From Ignicoccus islandicus DSM 13165 (GTDB lineage: Archaea > Thermoproteota > Thermoprotei_A > Sulfolobales > Ignicoccaceae), in the NCBI RefSeq assembly GCF_001481685.1, contig NZ_CP006867.1:930001-962000 (forward strand): a stretch of DNA of 32,000 nucleotides. The letters run 5' to 3'. The notes under the pieces are model-generated. The model made no database searches. It was not told the origin of the DNA and saw only the letters and a list, made by a program, of their open reading frames with translations. The position numbers were made by a program, and so were the translations under genes. Below, piece by piece: positions 17,693 to 27,971 of this stretch. Every line of letters starts with the position of its first letter. The first letter of the stretch is position 1.

Positions 17693-18168
17693 CTACTTCT
17701 CAATTTTAGAGGCTATCCCTTTTACTAGCCTCTCTACGCGCTTCAACGCGGTCTCCACGTCCTCTCGGGCGCACAACCCCTCGTAGAAGCAAACGTGCAT
17801 GCTTTGTGCCGCATACCAAGAATCGCTTACCCACTCACCGAGCTCCCTCTCAATTCTCCTCTTGTACTCCCAGAATTCTCCGTGGCTCGAAAGCCTCTTG
17901 CCGTCCTTCCAATAAGCGTAGGCCTTAACTGCTAGAGCGGCCGCCCCCAGACTTTCTCAGCGGCTTGTCTAACGTTCCCTTTATTTAGTTCGTCTCTAGC
18001 TTCTTCGAGAAGCCCCTTCGCAGCCTCAATGTATTCCACTGCCCTATTCCTTGGATCGAGGCCTTGAGAGAGTAGTTCGACCAAGTACTCATTAACGCCG
18101 AGCCTTTCGGCCTCTTCCTTAACTCGCTTAGCCAGTCGCCCGCGAACAACTATGGTGGATCGATCCAA
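17693..18168 (-). pseudogene. PaREP1-like (HEPN-type) family protein interrupted by a single-base frameshift
   Basis: N-part ...VEYIEAAKGLLEEARDELNKGNVRQAAEKVWG is in the ORF 17932-18168. The C-part AAALAVKAYAYWKDGKRLSSHGEFWEYKRRIERELGEWVSDSWYAAQSMHVCFYEGLCAREDVETALKRVERLVKGIASKIEK* is in the other frame. The frame breaks at the run of five C at 17944-17948 (+ strand). Confidence 0.8.
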
Positions 18169-18515
18169 TTCCTCGTACCTACTTTAATTGCATCGGCATC
18201 GGGAGAAATAAGCTTGGTAACCCGAACTATTAGAGATGCGCGAAGAAAAGCGTTGCAATCGGGTTCCTGAGAACTAACGTGCTGAAGATGCTTGCGGCGG
18301 ACCAGTGAAGGTATCGAAGCCTCCTAAGACCTCTCCTCTTAAACCTCATGCGTGATAGTAAGAATAGATTTCTAATATGGGATATCAGTATTTCAAGCGC
18401 TCCGTCTTGCCATTAACTAGAGCTCAGGGCTTGAGGACCCTTTGTTTCAGAAGTGGTCTAATTAATTACGCCGCTAAAAGCTGTCAGTTAGCTTAGAATC
18501 AATAGATCAGTGTTT

Positions 18516-18592
18516 TGGTGGGCCCGCGGGGATTTGAACCCCGGACTACCGCCGTGTCAGGGCGGCGTCCTTCCGGGCTAGACGACGGGCCC
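18516..18592 (-). tRNA. tRNA-Val (anticodon GAC), 3' CCA encoded
   Basis: GGGCCCG/CGGGCCC acceptor, anticodon arm CCGCC-CTGACAC-GGCGG, T-arm CGGGG-TTCAAAT-CCCCG, A-CCA. Confidence 0.93.
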
Positions 18593-18629
18593 TCCGCGTT
18601 ATGCTCTCCTCGGCTCATGCTTATAAGCT

Positions 18630-19163
18630 TTATGATTTGAAGAACCTAACTAGACCATAGGCGAAAGCCAGTACGCTCAAGATCGTTAGGATGCCCGTTT
18701 GGAATTGAGGGTCGGAGTACCTTTGGGGTAGTAGGGGTTTGTGAGGCGGTCCCATTATTTGAACTACGGCCGATTGGCCTTGAACGACCATTGTAACTAA
18801 CGGATGTAGAGTGTAGGGTTCGGCCGTTATAGTCCAAGATAGGGTACCAGTGTTATTCGCCTTATCTGCATACATTATCGTCAAGGTATAGGGAGGATCC
18901 GGTAGCTCGACTTGAACGAAATCTAAGGTCTTAACGTTGGGCGTTGTGCTCAGTAAAGTTTTAGTTGAATTATTCTTAGAGTAGATTACTTCCAATAACG
19001 CTACTGTACAAGGATCCGATAACGACTCAATGAGGAGGCGGTTGTGGTCTATAGCTATTAGTTTGGGCGAAGGAGCGCTCAAGTCGCCAACGCACTCTTG
19101 GGGGGCAGCTATCATCGCTGTTGAAACAATTAATAAGGTCAAGAGAAGTTTCTTATCTTTCAA
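18630..19163 (-). CDS. Hypothetical secreted/membrane protein
   Basis: 177 aa with N-terminal signal-like segment and C-terminal TM (GILTILSVLAFAYGLVRFFKS). Confidence 0.6.
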   Translation of the reverse strand: MKDKKLLLTLLIVSTAMIAAPQECVGDLSAPSPKLIAIDHNRLLIESLSDPCTVALLEVIYSKNNSTKTLLSTTPNVKTLDFVQVELPDPPYTLTIMYADKANNTGTLSWTITAEPYTLHPLVTMVVQGQSAVVQIMGPPHKPLLPQRYSDPQFQTGILTILSVLAFAYGLVRFFKS

Positions 19164-19189
19164 GGCACCTATTCCCAGAGGGTGGATCC

Positions 19190-19831
19190 GTGAGAAGTTT
19201 ATTGGTATTGGTAATTGCGTCGTTGCTAGCAGAGGCGTTTAGCTCAACGGTAATTAGCGGCGAAGTTAGAGCCTTGATACCTACGGGAGAGCAGTGGATA
19301 TGGGTACTTAATAACTCAGTAGTAATTGCGTCTTCGCCTCCGAATCAGCTCAACGGTACTTGGAAGGTCGTATCTATAGAAGCTCCCCCGGGCGTAAATG
19401 CGTACGTCTTAGTTAAAGGACCTTGGATATGTAAAATAGAGGCATTGAACTTGCTCGGAACGGAGGTTAAACCAATAGTAATCTCGAACGCGTCCATTCC
19501 AAAGATCAGATGCGATACGAGGTACCTCTGGGGAAATCTGAGGGATCTGGTCGGGAAGGGCAATTACTTGGTGGTCTTCATACCTCTTAGCCAAGACCTA
19601 ATTAGCGCCTTAGGCTCCTTCTCCTCTTCGGTCTGTTTGGACGTGGAATACAACGCGATCCTCGAGAACTCTACAATGGTAGTGAACGTTACCGCGAAGC
19701 CCCTGAAACCATGGATTAGAATATGTCCACCATCTAAGTTAGTTGACGTTATAGTAGCTTGGGGCGAGGCGACTCAAGTAGACGTTTACTTTAATGGAAG
19801 AAAGGTCTTTCATTTCCCAAATAGTAAGTAA
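19190..19831 (+). CDS. Hypothetical exported protein
   Basis: GTG start gives VRSLLVLVIASLLAEAFSS signal-like N-terminus; preferred over the ORF start at 19121. Confidence 0.55.
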   Translation: MRSLLVLVIASLLAEAFSSTVISGEVRALIPTGEQWIWVLNNSVVIASSPPNQLNGTWKVVSIEAPPGVNAYVLVKGPWICKIEALNLLGTEVKPIVISNASIPKIRCDTRYLWGNLRDLVGKGNYLVVFIPLSQDLISALGSFSSSVCLDVEYNAILENSTMVVNVTAKPLKPWIRICPPSKLVDVIVAWGEATQVDVYFNGRKVFHFPNSK

Positions 19832-20754
19832 CCTCTCTCCTCCCTTACCCCTACCCTAATGACCTTCTCGCCGTTGGGCTTCTCGTACAGCGCCCCCCTT
19901 ACTCTCACCTTGCCTCCCTTTACGAATACCTTCGCGAAGGCGCTTTCGTAACTTTCTATTAGGTACTTGCCTGCCCAACACCTATGAGGATAGTAAAGAC
20001 CTCTTTCACAAGGCTCTAATTCAAGCGTTCCTTCGAACCTACCAACGAACTCTGAAACTGAGTTCCCATAACGTTCCAATTCCTCCTTGACGAAAGCGAA
20101 GGAAACTTCCTTATTCCTGTAAACGGCTCTCTTCGCCTTAGAGTACAAGGACTTCGCGTCTTCTAATGGAATGCCTAGGCTCTTAGATACCCTCCAGATC
20201 CAACCCTTTTCCTCCTCCAATACCTCGCTGCTCTCCAACTCCTCCCATATCCACATAGGATCCCCAACAGGATATATCAAGAAATCTAAGTCGGAATTAT
20301 CGTGATGGATCGATAGGAGCAAACTGCCGCCCAGACCCAATTGCTTAATTCCAAGATTCGAGTAAGCATCCAACGCGAGCCCTTCCAATTCGTCTTTAGG
20401 AGAAGCGATGACCTCTCCCATCCTCTTTAACGGATGGGGCGCCCAGAGCACCTCAGTAGCATCGACGCATGGAACCTCGGAAGAGAAGTTGGGGTCGTAA
20501 ACGAGATTGCCTTTCCTAACGCTAAGGGGGTCGTAGCTAGGTATCACTCTCTCGAAGCCTCTCCAGAGTCCCCTTCCGGTATAGACGTACTTCAAGTAAG
20601 CTATTACGCAACCCGGAGGGTGCTCGTACCCTACTGAAACCCTTACCTCCAGGTTCCTAGTAATAAACGACCTCTTGTCTTCTAACACTTGTTCCGCACC
20701 TCGCTGTTTCAACCAAAGCCAAGTACTCCATTGCCTCCACTTTGTTGAGGGCAT
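19810..20754 (-). CDS. Nucleotidyltransferase-like protein
   Basis: LGLGGSLLLSIHHDNSDLDFLIYP (G-S...DxD pattern); real start probably downstream of the annotated M because of a 98-nt overlap with the next gene. Confidence 0.6.
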   Translation of the reverse strand: MPSTKWRQWSTWLWLKQRGAEQVLEDKRSFITRNLEVRVSVGYEHPPGCVIAYLKYVYTGRGLWRGFERVIPSYDPLSVRKGNLVYDPNFSSEVPCVDATEVLWAPHPLKRMGEVIASPKDELEGLALDAYSNLGIKQLGLGGSLLLSIHHDNSDLDFLIYPVGDPMWIWEELESSEVLEEEKGWIWRVSKSLGIPLEDAKSLYSKAKRAVYRNKEVSFAFVKEELERYGNSVSEFVGRFEGTLELEPCERGLYYPHRCWAGKYLIESYESAFAKVFVKGGKVRVRGALYEKPNGEKVIRVGVREERGYLLFGK

Positions 20755-21250
20755 CGAAGGGATTCCTTCCCCCCGCTATCACTCCATGTCCCTTCATTAC
20801 TACTACGTCGCTCCCTTCCGAGAACTTCCTCCCTACGGCTTCGGCCAACTCCAAGCTGCCGGCATCAATTCTCTCAACTACACCGACCTTTGAAATAGCG
20901 TACCGCGTTTCAACGTACTTGCTGACCAATTCGTTGAATTGATCTTCCGCGTAAACGTCGGCCAGAGCGACAGTTAATGGGTTGTGGGCGTGAACTACTG
21001 ATTGAAAGTCTGTGTTCAAGTATATTTGAGCGTGCATTCTATACTCAATTGAAGGTTTGGGACCTTCCCACTCGAGGGTCTTCAGATTGACGCGAGTCAA
21101 GTCCTTTATCTTATGCTTAGGTACTCCGGAAGGAGTAATTAGGAAGAACTCGCCGCACTTCAAGCTCGCGTTGCCGCTAAGGACAGTAATTAAACCCCTT
21201 TGGTACAAGAGCTTCATTACTTCAATGAGCTCCTCGCCTTCACAGTTCAA
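20657..21250 (-). CDS. Class II aldolase/adducin family protein
   Basis: LSGNASLKCGEFFLITPSG, VVHAHNPLTVALA and VVMKGHGVIAGGRNPFDALNKVEAMEY. Confidence 0.85.
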   Translation of the reverse strand: MNCEGEELIEVMKLLYQRGLITVLSGNASLKCGEFFLITPSGVPKHKIKDLTRVNLKTLEWEGPKPSIEYRMHAQIYLNTDFQSVVHAHNPLTVALADVYAEDQFNELVSKYVETRYAISKVGVVERIDAGSLELAEAVGRKFSEGSDVVVMKGHGVIAGGRNPFDALNKVEAMEYLALVETARCGTSVRRQEVVYY

Positions 21251-22188
21251 GTGACTTCACCCCTTTCGATGCCGAGCGCTTGCAATATTCTGTGAGCTAT
21301 CTCTATGGACGTTCTCCTTTGAGCCTCCTTCGTTTGGGCTCCGATGTGAGCAGTAGCGAAGACGTTCGGGTGACGTATTAGCTTCAAGAGGTACTCGCTC
21401 TGAGGAGGCTCCTCCGGATAAACGTCTAGGGCCGCACCACCAACCTTACCGCTCTCCAAAGCCTCCAATAGAGCCTTGTAGTCCATTACCTCGCCCCTGG
21501 CCGCATTTATTATTATCACGCCGTCTTTCATCTTCTCAATAACGTCTTTGTTGATTAGGTTCCTAGTTTCGGGCGTCAAGGGTACGTGAAGGGTAACGAA
21601 GTCAGCGTCCCTAATTGCTTCTATTAAGTCCTTCGTGAACTTGGCCCCCAGTTCCTCGGCAACGTCGCTCATATCTATGACGTCGTAAGCGATAACGTCC
21701 ATTCCTAGTTCCCTGGCCTTCTTGGTAACTTCCCTTCCTATCCTGCCGAAGCCTATTACAGCTAGCTTCTTGCCCGCTATTTCAGTTCCCATTACCTTCT
21801 CCCATTTCCCTTCCAACAATGCTCTATAGCTGTACATAGCCTTCCTAGCGACTACTATCATCATAGCTATTACGAGTTCCGCAACAGCGTTCTTCAAAGC
21901 GTCCGGCGCGTTTACTACTTTGATTCCCTTTTCCCTCGCGGCCTCCAAGTCTATATTATCTAGACCGCTCCCAGCACGTGCTATTACCTTTAACCTATCG
22001 GCAGCTTCTATTACTTCCCTCCTAACCTTAGTCCTGCTCCTTACTATCAATACGTCAAAGCCCTTTATTCTCTCTTTTAGAACTTCCGGCCTATAGGCGT
22101 CTAGATCTACCACTACCTCGAAGCCGTTTCTCTTGAGGATATTCAAACCCTCTTCGTGAACTTTGTCCGTGACCAGGACCTTGTACAT
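21247..22188 (-). CDS. serA: D-3-phosphoglycerate dehydrogenase-like 2-hydroxyacid dehydrogenase
   Basis: [86 protein letters not shown]. Confidence 0.88.
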   Translation of the reverse strand: MYKVLVTDKVHEEGLNILKRNGFEVVVDLDAYRPEVLKERIKGFDVLIVRSRTKVRREVIEAADRLKVIARAGSGLDNIDLEAAREKGIKVVNAPDALKNAVAELVIAMMIVVARKAMYSYRALLEGKWEKVMGTEIAGKKLAVIGFGRIGREVTKKARELGMDVIAYDVIDMSDVAEELGAKFTKDLIEAIRDADFVTLHVPLTPETRNLINKDVIEKMKDGVIIINAARGEVMDYKALLEALESGKVGGAALDVYPEEPPQSEYLLKLIRHPNVFATAHIGAQTKEAQRRTSIEIAHRILQALGIERGEVT

Positions 22189-22261
22189 CCGCTTAACACC
22201 GGGTCCCTAGTTAATTGGAAGCCCTTTAACAGTTGCAACTAACGCTTTTCTAAGAGCAGAT

Positions 22262-23089
22262 ATGGAAACTAAATCGGTGTGGGGAAACCAAGTGGTAATA
22301 ATACTAAGTGCTGAATTGGAATTAACGAAAACCTTAAAATGGAGAGCATGGAAAGGGACTTTTTCCGGTAAAGTAATTTATGATTCTATTTCACAAGAAA
22401 ATCCAGTAGCTTCGCTCCGAACGGTCCCTCCCGAGAAAATGAAGCCGGAGTTAAGGGCGGGCGACGTCGTTAAAGTCAGAGCTGTCTTTTGGGGACCGTA
22501 CGCGGAATCGACTGCTTCCGAGGTATCAATAGGCCTCCTTAACTTAGACTACGCAGTGCCTATCAACGTAAAGATGAGGGAGCTAAGCGTAGATAAGCCG
22601 CCTGAGGTAGTCAAGAGCGAGGACCCAAAGGCAATATATTTCACTGCTTTCCACTTCCCTACGTTCTATAAGTTCCACGGTTCATGGGTTTCCCTCCCAT
22701 CGGTCTTCAGAATGTTGAACTCGCTCTTCAAGAGACTGGGGGAGGAGTTAGGGAGAGATATGGATCAAGAAGCGCTTAAGGAACTCGCATTGAAAATAGA
22801 AGCGATAGGGGGTAACCTAAGGATAACTAGGGAGAGGGTTAAGGGCAACTTGGAAGTTCCTACCTTCAACGGCAAAATTAAGTACTATGGTGTATTGAAC
22901 GAAGGGGAAATTCAGTTGCTACTATGGGCCCTGAAGTACTTGCCCTTGTTCGGCGCGGGAGCATCTCCTGGAATGGGGTTCGGTCACGTTCAATGGGTTG
23001 AAGTGAGGGAACCGCCCTTCGAAACGCCAGTGGGGAAGTTTAAGGAAAACATAAGGTATGATTTCGATGATTATCTAATGGAGAAATAG
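22262..23089 (+). CDS. Cas6-like RAMP protein (candidate CRISPR pre-crRNA endoribonuclease)
   Basis: C-terminal arrangement TFNGKIKYYGVLNEGEIQLLLWALKYLPLFGAGASPGMGFGHVQWVEV resembles the Cas6 glycine-rich loop and fold; no other cas gene adjacent. Confidence 0.6.
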   Translation: METKSVWGNQVVIILSAELELTKTLKWRAWKGTFSGKVIYDSISQENPVASLRTVPPEKMKPELRAGDVVKVRAVFWGPYAESTASEVSIGLLNLDYAVPINVKMRELSVDKPPEVVKSEDPKAIYFTAFHFPTFYKFHGSWVSLPSVFRMLNSLFKRLGEELGRDMDQEALKELALKIEAIGGNLRITRERVKGNLEVPTFNGKIKYYGVLNEGEIQLLLWALKYLPLFGAGASPGMGFGHVQWVEVREPPFETPVGKFKENIRYDFDDYLMEK

Positions 23090-23095
23090 CGGATC

Positions 23096-23650
23096 CTAAC
23101 CTAGATCTATTACTCCCTTAGCGCTTACCACGCCCGTTTCCTTGTCGAATAGTTTGGCTATACACAGTGCTAAGGACTTGAATAGAGCCTCGACCTTGTG
23201 ATGATCGTTGGATCCGCTCAGCAACCTCAAGTGAAGGGTTACGGACGATTCCCTAGCAAGGGTCTCGAAGAAGTGACTTACGTTCTCTAGCGCTAGTCCA
23301 CCTATCTCTTCCCTCTTGAACTCCATCTCTCCGAAGAATCCACCCCTCCCGGAAACGTCCACGCTGCATAGGGCCAGCGCCTCATCCATAGGAACAATAC
23401 TCCAAGCGAACCTGTTTTTCAATTCCTTCCTAAATAGTTCCTTTAGGAACCTACCAAAGGTTATGGCAACGTCTTCCACTAGGTGATGATCGTCGAAGCC
23501 TTGGAGGTCTCTCGCCTTTACGCAAACGTTCAACTTGGAATGCTTAATGAGGGTCTCGATCATGTGCTTGAAGAACGGAATTTCTATTTCTACGGAAGGT
23601 TGATCGCATTCCTTAACCTCTACTTCGGTTTCCCTAGTCGTTCTCTTCAA
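23096..23650 (-). CDS. hisB: Imidazoleglycerol-phosphate dehydratase
   Basis: FFKHMIETLIKHSKLNVCVKA, DDHHLVEDVAITFGRF and GSNDHHKVEALFKSLA. Confidence 0.93.
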   Translation of the reverse strand: MKRTTRETEVEVKECDQPSVEIEIPFFKHMIETLIKHSKLNVCVKARDLQGFDDHHLVEDVAITFGRFLKELFRKELKNRFAWSIVPMDEALALCSVDVSGRGGFFGEMEFKREEIGGLALENVSHFFETLARESSVTLHLRLLSGSNDHHKVEALFKSLALCIAKLFDKETGVVSAKGVIDLG

Positions 23651-23718
23651 TGTTCGACACCTCCCAGGGCTCAGACAGCCACCGCCTCCTCACCGTTTAG
23701 GAGTGGTCGGGATGCTCC

Positions 23719-24987
23719 TCATTGCCTACTGAACTTCTCGAGGGCCTTATTAAGAGCTCTAAGCTTGTGCTCTGTTTCTTCCCACTCTCGTTCCGGTATT
23801 GAATAGTAAACTATTCCAGCGCCGGCTTGTATTCTCAGTCTCCCGTTTCTCGCAAAGTACGACCTTATTGTTATTGCGAACTCGGCGTTCCCGGAGTAAT
23901 CTACGAAGCCGACCGCCCCAGCATAGGGTCCTCTCCGAAGCTTCTCTAAGTTGCCTATTATTTCCATAGCGGATGGTTTCGGCGCACCGCTAACTGTACC
24001 TGCCGGAAAGGTTGCCTTAAGAACGTCTATGGCATCGAAGTTCGGATCGAGTTCACCCTCAACCTTACTGACTAGATGTTGAACGTGACTGTACTTCTCT
24101 ATGAACATGTATCGGGAGACCTTGACTGAACCGGGCAGCGATACCTTTCCTATGTCGTTGCGAGCTAGGTCAACTAACATTATGTGCTCCGCCCTTTCCT
24201 TTTCGTCGCTCAGAAGCTCCTCCTCTAACTTAACGTCTTCCCAAGGGTCCCTCCCCCTAGGCCTAGTTCCAGCAATGGGGAACGTTTCTATCTTGTTCCC
24301 CTCGACGCGGTAAAGCAGTTCCGGACTAGAACCTATTACTTCGGCGTCCTCGAACCTCAAGTGGAACATGTAAGGTGAAGGATTCACTTTAGCTAGTTCC
24401 ATGTATAGAGCTCTCAGGTCGCCCTCGTAATTCATTGTATAGGATTTGGAAAGCACCACTTGGATCGCTTCGCCTTCCTCCTCCTTCCTCCTGGCCTCCT
24501 CGACCCACTTTAAGAACTCCGCTTTTTCTACGTCCAGCTTCTTGTTCCACACCTCTAGTCTTCCGACTTCAGCCTTACTTAGCGCGCTTGGGGAAACGTT
24601 ACACAGGAAAGCGGTTCCTACTACGTGGTTGTAAACAACGAACTTCCTTGGAACCATGAACTGCGCCTTTGGCCATCCCATGTCATTCAATCCCTTATGT
24701 CTCACGTCCTCCCAATCCTCAACGGCCTCGTAGCTAACGTACCCGACGGGTCCGCCTCTATATAGTAAATCCCTCTCTACGGGCCTCCCCTTACTGAGTT
24801 CCCTTAAAGCTCTGTCAACGTCTTTCCACACTTTCTCCTCTACTTCAGGTTCCCATCCCACAACGCTTATCCTAGCCTTCTCGCTGGGCCCCTCACGGCT
24901 CTCTAGTAAGAACGAAGGTCCCTCGATCGAGTTGAACAGTTCCTGAGGACTCGGTATAGAAGAGATAGGTACCTTATCGCATTTCAA
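23719..24987 (-). CDS. trpE: Anthranilate synthase component I family protein
   Basis: Chorismate-binding motifs: [82 protein letters not shown]. Confidence 0.88.
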   Translation of the reverse strand: MKCDKVPISSIPSPQELFNSIEGPSFLLESREGPSEKARISVVGWEPEVEEKVWKDVDRALRELSKGRPVERDLLYRGGPVGYVSYEAVEDWEDVRHKGLNDMGWPKAQFMVPRKFVVYNHVVGTAFLCNVSPSALSKAEVGRLEVWNKKLDVEKAEFLKWVEEARRKEEEGEAIQVVLSKSYTMNYEGDLRALYMELAKVNPSPYMFHLRFEDAEVIGSSPELLYRVEGNKIETFPIAGTRPRGRDPWEDVKLEEELLSDEKERAEHIMLVDLARNDIGKVSLPGSVKVSRYMFIEKYSHVQHLVSKVEGELDPNFDAIDVLKATFPAGTVSGAPKPSAMEIIGNLEKLRRGPYAGAVGFVDYSGNAEFAITIRSYFARNGRLRIQAGAGIVYYSIPEREWEETEHKLRALNKALEKFSRQ

Positions 24988-25033
24988 TCGCGCCTACCGT
25001 AACCAATTCAACTAATAGTTGTAATAAAGAATC

Positions 25034-25324
25034 TTAGAGCTTAAGGATTTTGTTTTCCTCTTCTTCCTCTTCCACGTCCTTGTATATCTTTTCAACCTTC
25101 ATCAAGGAGCCGCACTTAGGGCATCTGCCTTCGATCATGCCTATGAAGTCGCCTTCCTTCCATTCTCTAACTCTCTCGTATCCGCACTTAGGGCACTTAA
25201 TTAAGGTCTTGAACTCACCCTTCGATTCCTCGTTTTTCTTCTTTACACTCATCAACATAGATATAGTTAGCGCGAACGTTATAGCGCCTAATAAAATTAT
25301 TGATACGAGGTCCTCGTAGTTCAA
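25034..25324 (-). CDS. Small membrane-anchored zinc-ribbon protein
   Basis: N-terminal hydrophobic helix followed by CPKCGYERV...GRCPKCGSL. Confidence 0.65.
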   Translation of the reverse strand: MNYEDLVSIILLGAITFALTISMLMSVKKKNEESKGEFKTLIKCPKCGYERVREWKEGDFIGMIEGRCPKCGSLMKVEKIYKDVEEEEEENKILKL

Positions 25325-25336
25325 CCCGCTCTCACC

Positions 25337-26440
25337 TCATTGGGCTACCCCGCACGTGTTCCCTATTCCAGCTACCAACACTACGGATTTCTCTGGTAGG
25401 CTCTTTACTTTATCTATTACCCTCTTTACGGCCTCGTCTGCTGCCATTGCTATCTTCTTGGTCATGTCAGTTATTGCCTCTTCATTGGACATTTTTATTA
25501 CTATTGCTTGAAGGGGTATATTATACCGCGTCGCTACCCTCTCTATGGCTATTTTCTCTGGACCTGGATCGCCTATTGCAGCGCCTGCGCCTTCGGCAAT
25601 CGAACCGCTCTCTTCTCCCTCTAACTTTAGGGCAGCATCGACTGTAATTATCAAATCCACTTGTCCCCTCATTCCCTCGATCACCTTCTTGATGGCTTCT
25701 CCCGGGTTCCCAACGGTCGCGCCAGGCCCTTCCGCCTTAACCACAATAACCTTTCTACCTTCTATTTCCACCTCGCCGGCTACGGTGTCCTTGGCAGGAT
25801 GCCACAACCTCTTTTTCCTCTCTAAGAGCTTGTAGGCAACTAAGGGTCCAACTGAATCGCCTATAGGTCTGCAATGCTTGAACGTTTCCCTCGCCTTATC
25901 CAAAGTTTTACTCATCTTCACGATTTGGGGCATTATCATCCAGAGTTGCATTATTAGGAACAAGTTGTTATTCTTTAATGCATACAATAAGTAATGCCTA
26001 ATTACTTTGTAAATCACGTTTAGGCTATTCGCTATTTCTATGAGAACTAGCGCGTTGTGTTTCACGTGCTTAGGTATTTCCTCTACAGCTCCCTCCTCTA
26101 GTTTCCTTTCCCATTCTAATAGACTCGTCCTAAAGATGTGAGCCATCCTCTTGGTGATATCCGTTGGTTCTATGTCTACCGGGTTTATTGTGAAGAACTC
26201 CGTTAGCTCGTTAACTATCTCTTCGGCTCTCTTCACGCCTATCTTTTTCAAGAAGTCGATTGTATCTTTCTTGCTTTTGTCGCTCATCTCCTTTATTTCA
26301 TCCATTTTCGATTTTATGTTTCTAGCCCATATATACATTCTAAACCTTTGATCTGCGCCAGTGAACGCCATTAGCAAGAAGGCCATGAACATTAATTGAG
26401 TTATTATGCTCAGTATGTCGGATGGATTGGATCCTGACAA
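25337..26440 (-). CDS. DUF1512-family membrane-associated protein
   Basis: N-terminal TM and the long conserved archaeal C-domain (CRPIGDSVGPLVAYKLL, KAEGPGATVGNPGEA, GAAIGDPGPEKIAIERVA). Confidence 0.75.
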   Translation of the reverse strand: MSGSNPSDILSIITQLMFMAFLLMAFTGADQRFRMYIWARNIKSKMDEIKEMSDKSKKDTIDFLKKIGVKRAEEIVNELTEFFTINPVDIEPTDITKRMAHIFRTSLLEWERKLEEGAVEEIPKHVKHNALVLIEIANSLNVIYKVIRHYLLYALKNNNLFLIMQLWMIMPQIVKMSKTLDKARETFKHCRPIGDSVGPLVAYKLLERKKRLWHPAKDTVAGEVEIEGRKVIVVKAEGPGATVGNPGEAIKKVIEGMRGQVDLIITVDAALKLEGEESGSIAEGAGAAIGDPGPEKIAIERVATRYNIPLQAIVIKMSNEEAITDMTKKIAMAADEAVKRVIDKVKSLPEKSVVLVAGIGNTCGVAQ

Positions 26441-26494
26441 CTACCAGACCCACTTTCGTGATGTGTACTCAGTTCATTAAAAATTCGTTACGTT

Positions 26495-26890
26495 TCAGTC
26501 CATCAGACCCCACGGTTTTCCCTTCAATACCTCTTCCGGTAAGACGTCCTTATACTTCTTCAAGAACTTTAAGTCTTCGTCCTTGTTTCTCAACTCGTCT
26601 GGAAGCATGTGGGGTATCTCATCTATTATGGGATACCACCTACCGCACTTGGGACACACCAATACTCCAGTAACTATTTCCTTCGTTAGGCATTCGTCGC
26701 AAGGAGGCTCCTCTTTAAGTTCTTTTAAGAACTTCCTCTTATATCCACAGTAGAGCTCGCAATAGGGCTTTTCCATATTCGGTTTCTTCCTATCCTTGAC
26801 CTCTTTCTCCTCTATAACGTATAACTTCAAGGGAAAACCTTCGTCTTTACAATAGGGGCATGCCAAAACGTCTAAAGTCATGTATAACAT
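26495..26890 (-). CDS. Trm112-like zinc-binding protein
   Basis: LDVLACPYCKDEGFPLKL and GVLVCPKCGRWYPIIDEIPHMLPDELR. Confidence 0.75.
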   Translation of the reverse strand: MLYMTLDVLACPYCKDEGFPLKLYVIEEKEVKDRKKPNMEKPYCELYCGYKRKFLKELKEEPPCDECLTKEIVTGVLVCPKCGRWYPIIDEIPHMLPDELRNKDEDLKFLKKYKDVLPEEVLKGKPWGLMD

Positions 26891-26933
26891 TGCCTTCGCT
26901 CCGAAACACCGTTAAGTAAAGGATTATTTTATT

Positions 26934-27971
26934 TTGAATACCGGAGTTGTGGGAAAGGAAGTGAGGGAACTCTGCCCTAAGCGCATGCTTAACGGTCCTT
27001 GCGGCGGAATTAGAGGCGAATTGTGCGAGGTGGACGATTTCCAGTGCCCGTTTTACAAGGCGTTTGAAAACTTGAGGAGCGCTAATTACTTGAAGCCCTT
27101 GCTCGACAAGGGATTTAAGGTAGAATGCGAGCCAGGAGACGTTGAGCTCAGCGGATACGCTAAAATGTTGGAAGAGGGAGGTCCAGTTCTTTCAACTGAG
27201 GTCGAACCGTGGAGCTTAAAGGACGTTCAGTTCTTCGAAACGCTGAAGGACAAGTACCACGCTTTCAACGTAACTGACAACCCGTTCGGGAAACCGCACG
27301 TAAGCTCCGTCGCAGTCTCCATTGAGCTGAAGAGAAGAGGTATGGAAGTGATTGCTCAATTAACTACTAGGTCTCGTACTAGAGAGGCCTTGGCTAGCGA
27401 TCTAATGAGTCTAAACGCGTTTGGCGTCACCAACGTGCTGGCTTTGACTGGGGATTGGGCGCCTCACTCGGTGTTCGACTTGGACGCAGTGAGGTTGGTT
27501 TGCTTGATATCGTTAATGAACAAGGGGCTCTTGTGGGACGGTAGCGAAATAGAGCCTACCACGCTAGTTCCGGGGGTCGCATCCAACCCGTACTTCAAAT
27601 ACGAAAAGGAGAGGCTCTTGAGAAAGGCCCGCGCCGGGGCAGTTTTCGCTCAAACTCAACCGATCTTCACTAGTGAAATAGTAAGGTCGTTGAAGGAATA
27701 TCCTGTAACCACTGTTCCCAGCCTCCTAATTTCAACCTCTAGAAAGGTCGTAAGATCACTGAAAGAGAAGGGAGTGAAGGTACCTAAGGAGTACGAAGAA
27801 GGCTTGATAAAAAGCAAGGCTGAAGGCAAAGCAGATGAGTTCGTTTTGGAATACAACTTGAAGTTGGCTGAAGAGATACTTTCTAAGGAGCTCAAGGGAA
27901 TTCACGTTATGGCACCAGGCAGGTGGGACCTATTGGTAAAATTCGGCAACGCTCTAAGAGAACTCCTTTGA
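26934..27971 (+). CDS. Methylenetetrahydrofolate reductase-like protein with N-terminal Cys-rich domain
   Basis: N-terminal CPKRMLNGPCGGIRGELCEVDDFQCPFYKA, then EVEPWSLKDVQFF, NVTDNP, QLTTRSRTREALASDL, GVTNVLALTGDWAP and FAQTQPIF. Confidence 0.85.
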   Translation: MNTGVVGKEVRELCPKRMLNGPCGGIRGELCEVDDFQCPFYKAFENLRSANYLKPLLDKGFKVECEPGDVELSGYAKMLEEGGPVLSTEVEPWSLKDVQFFETLKDKYHAFNVTDNPFGKPHVSSVAVSIELKRRGMEVIAQLTTRSRTREALASDLMSLNAFGVTNVLALTGDWAPHSVFDLDAVRLVCLISLMNKGLLWDGSEIEPTTLVPGVASNPYFKYEKERLLRKARAGAVFAQTQPIFTSEIVRSLKEYPVTTVPSLLISTSRKVVRSLKEKGVKVPKEYEEGLIKSKAEGKADEFVLEYNLKLAEEILSKELKGIHVMAPGRWDLLVKFGNALRELL

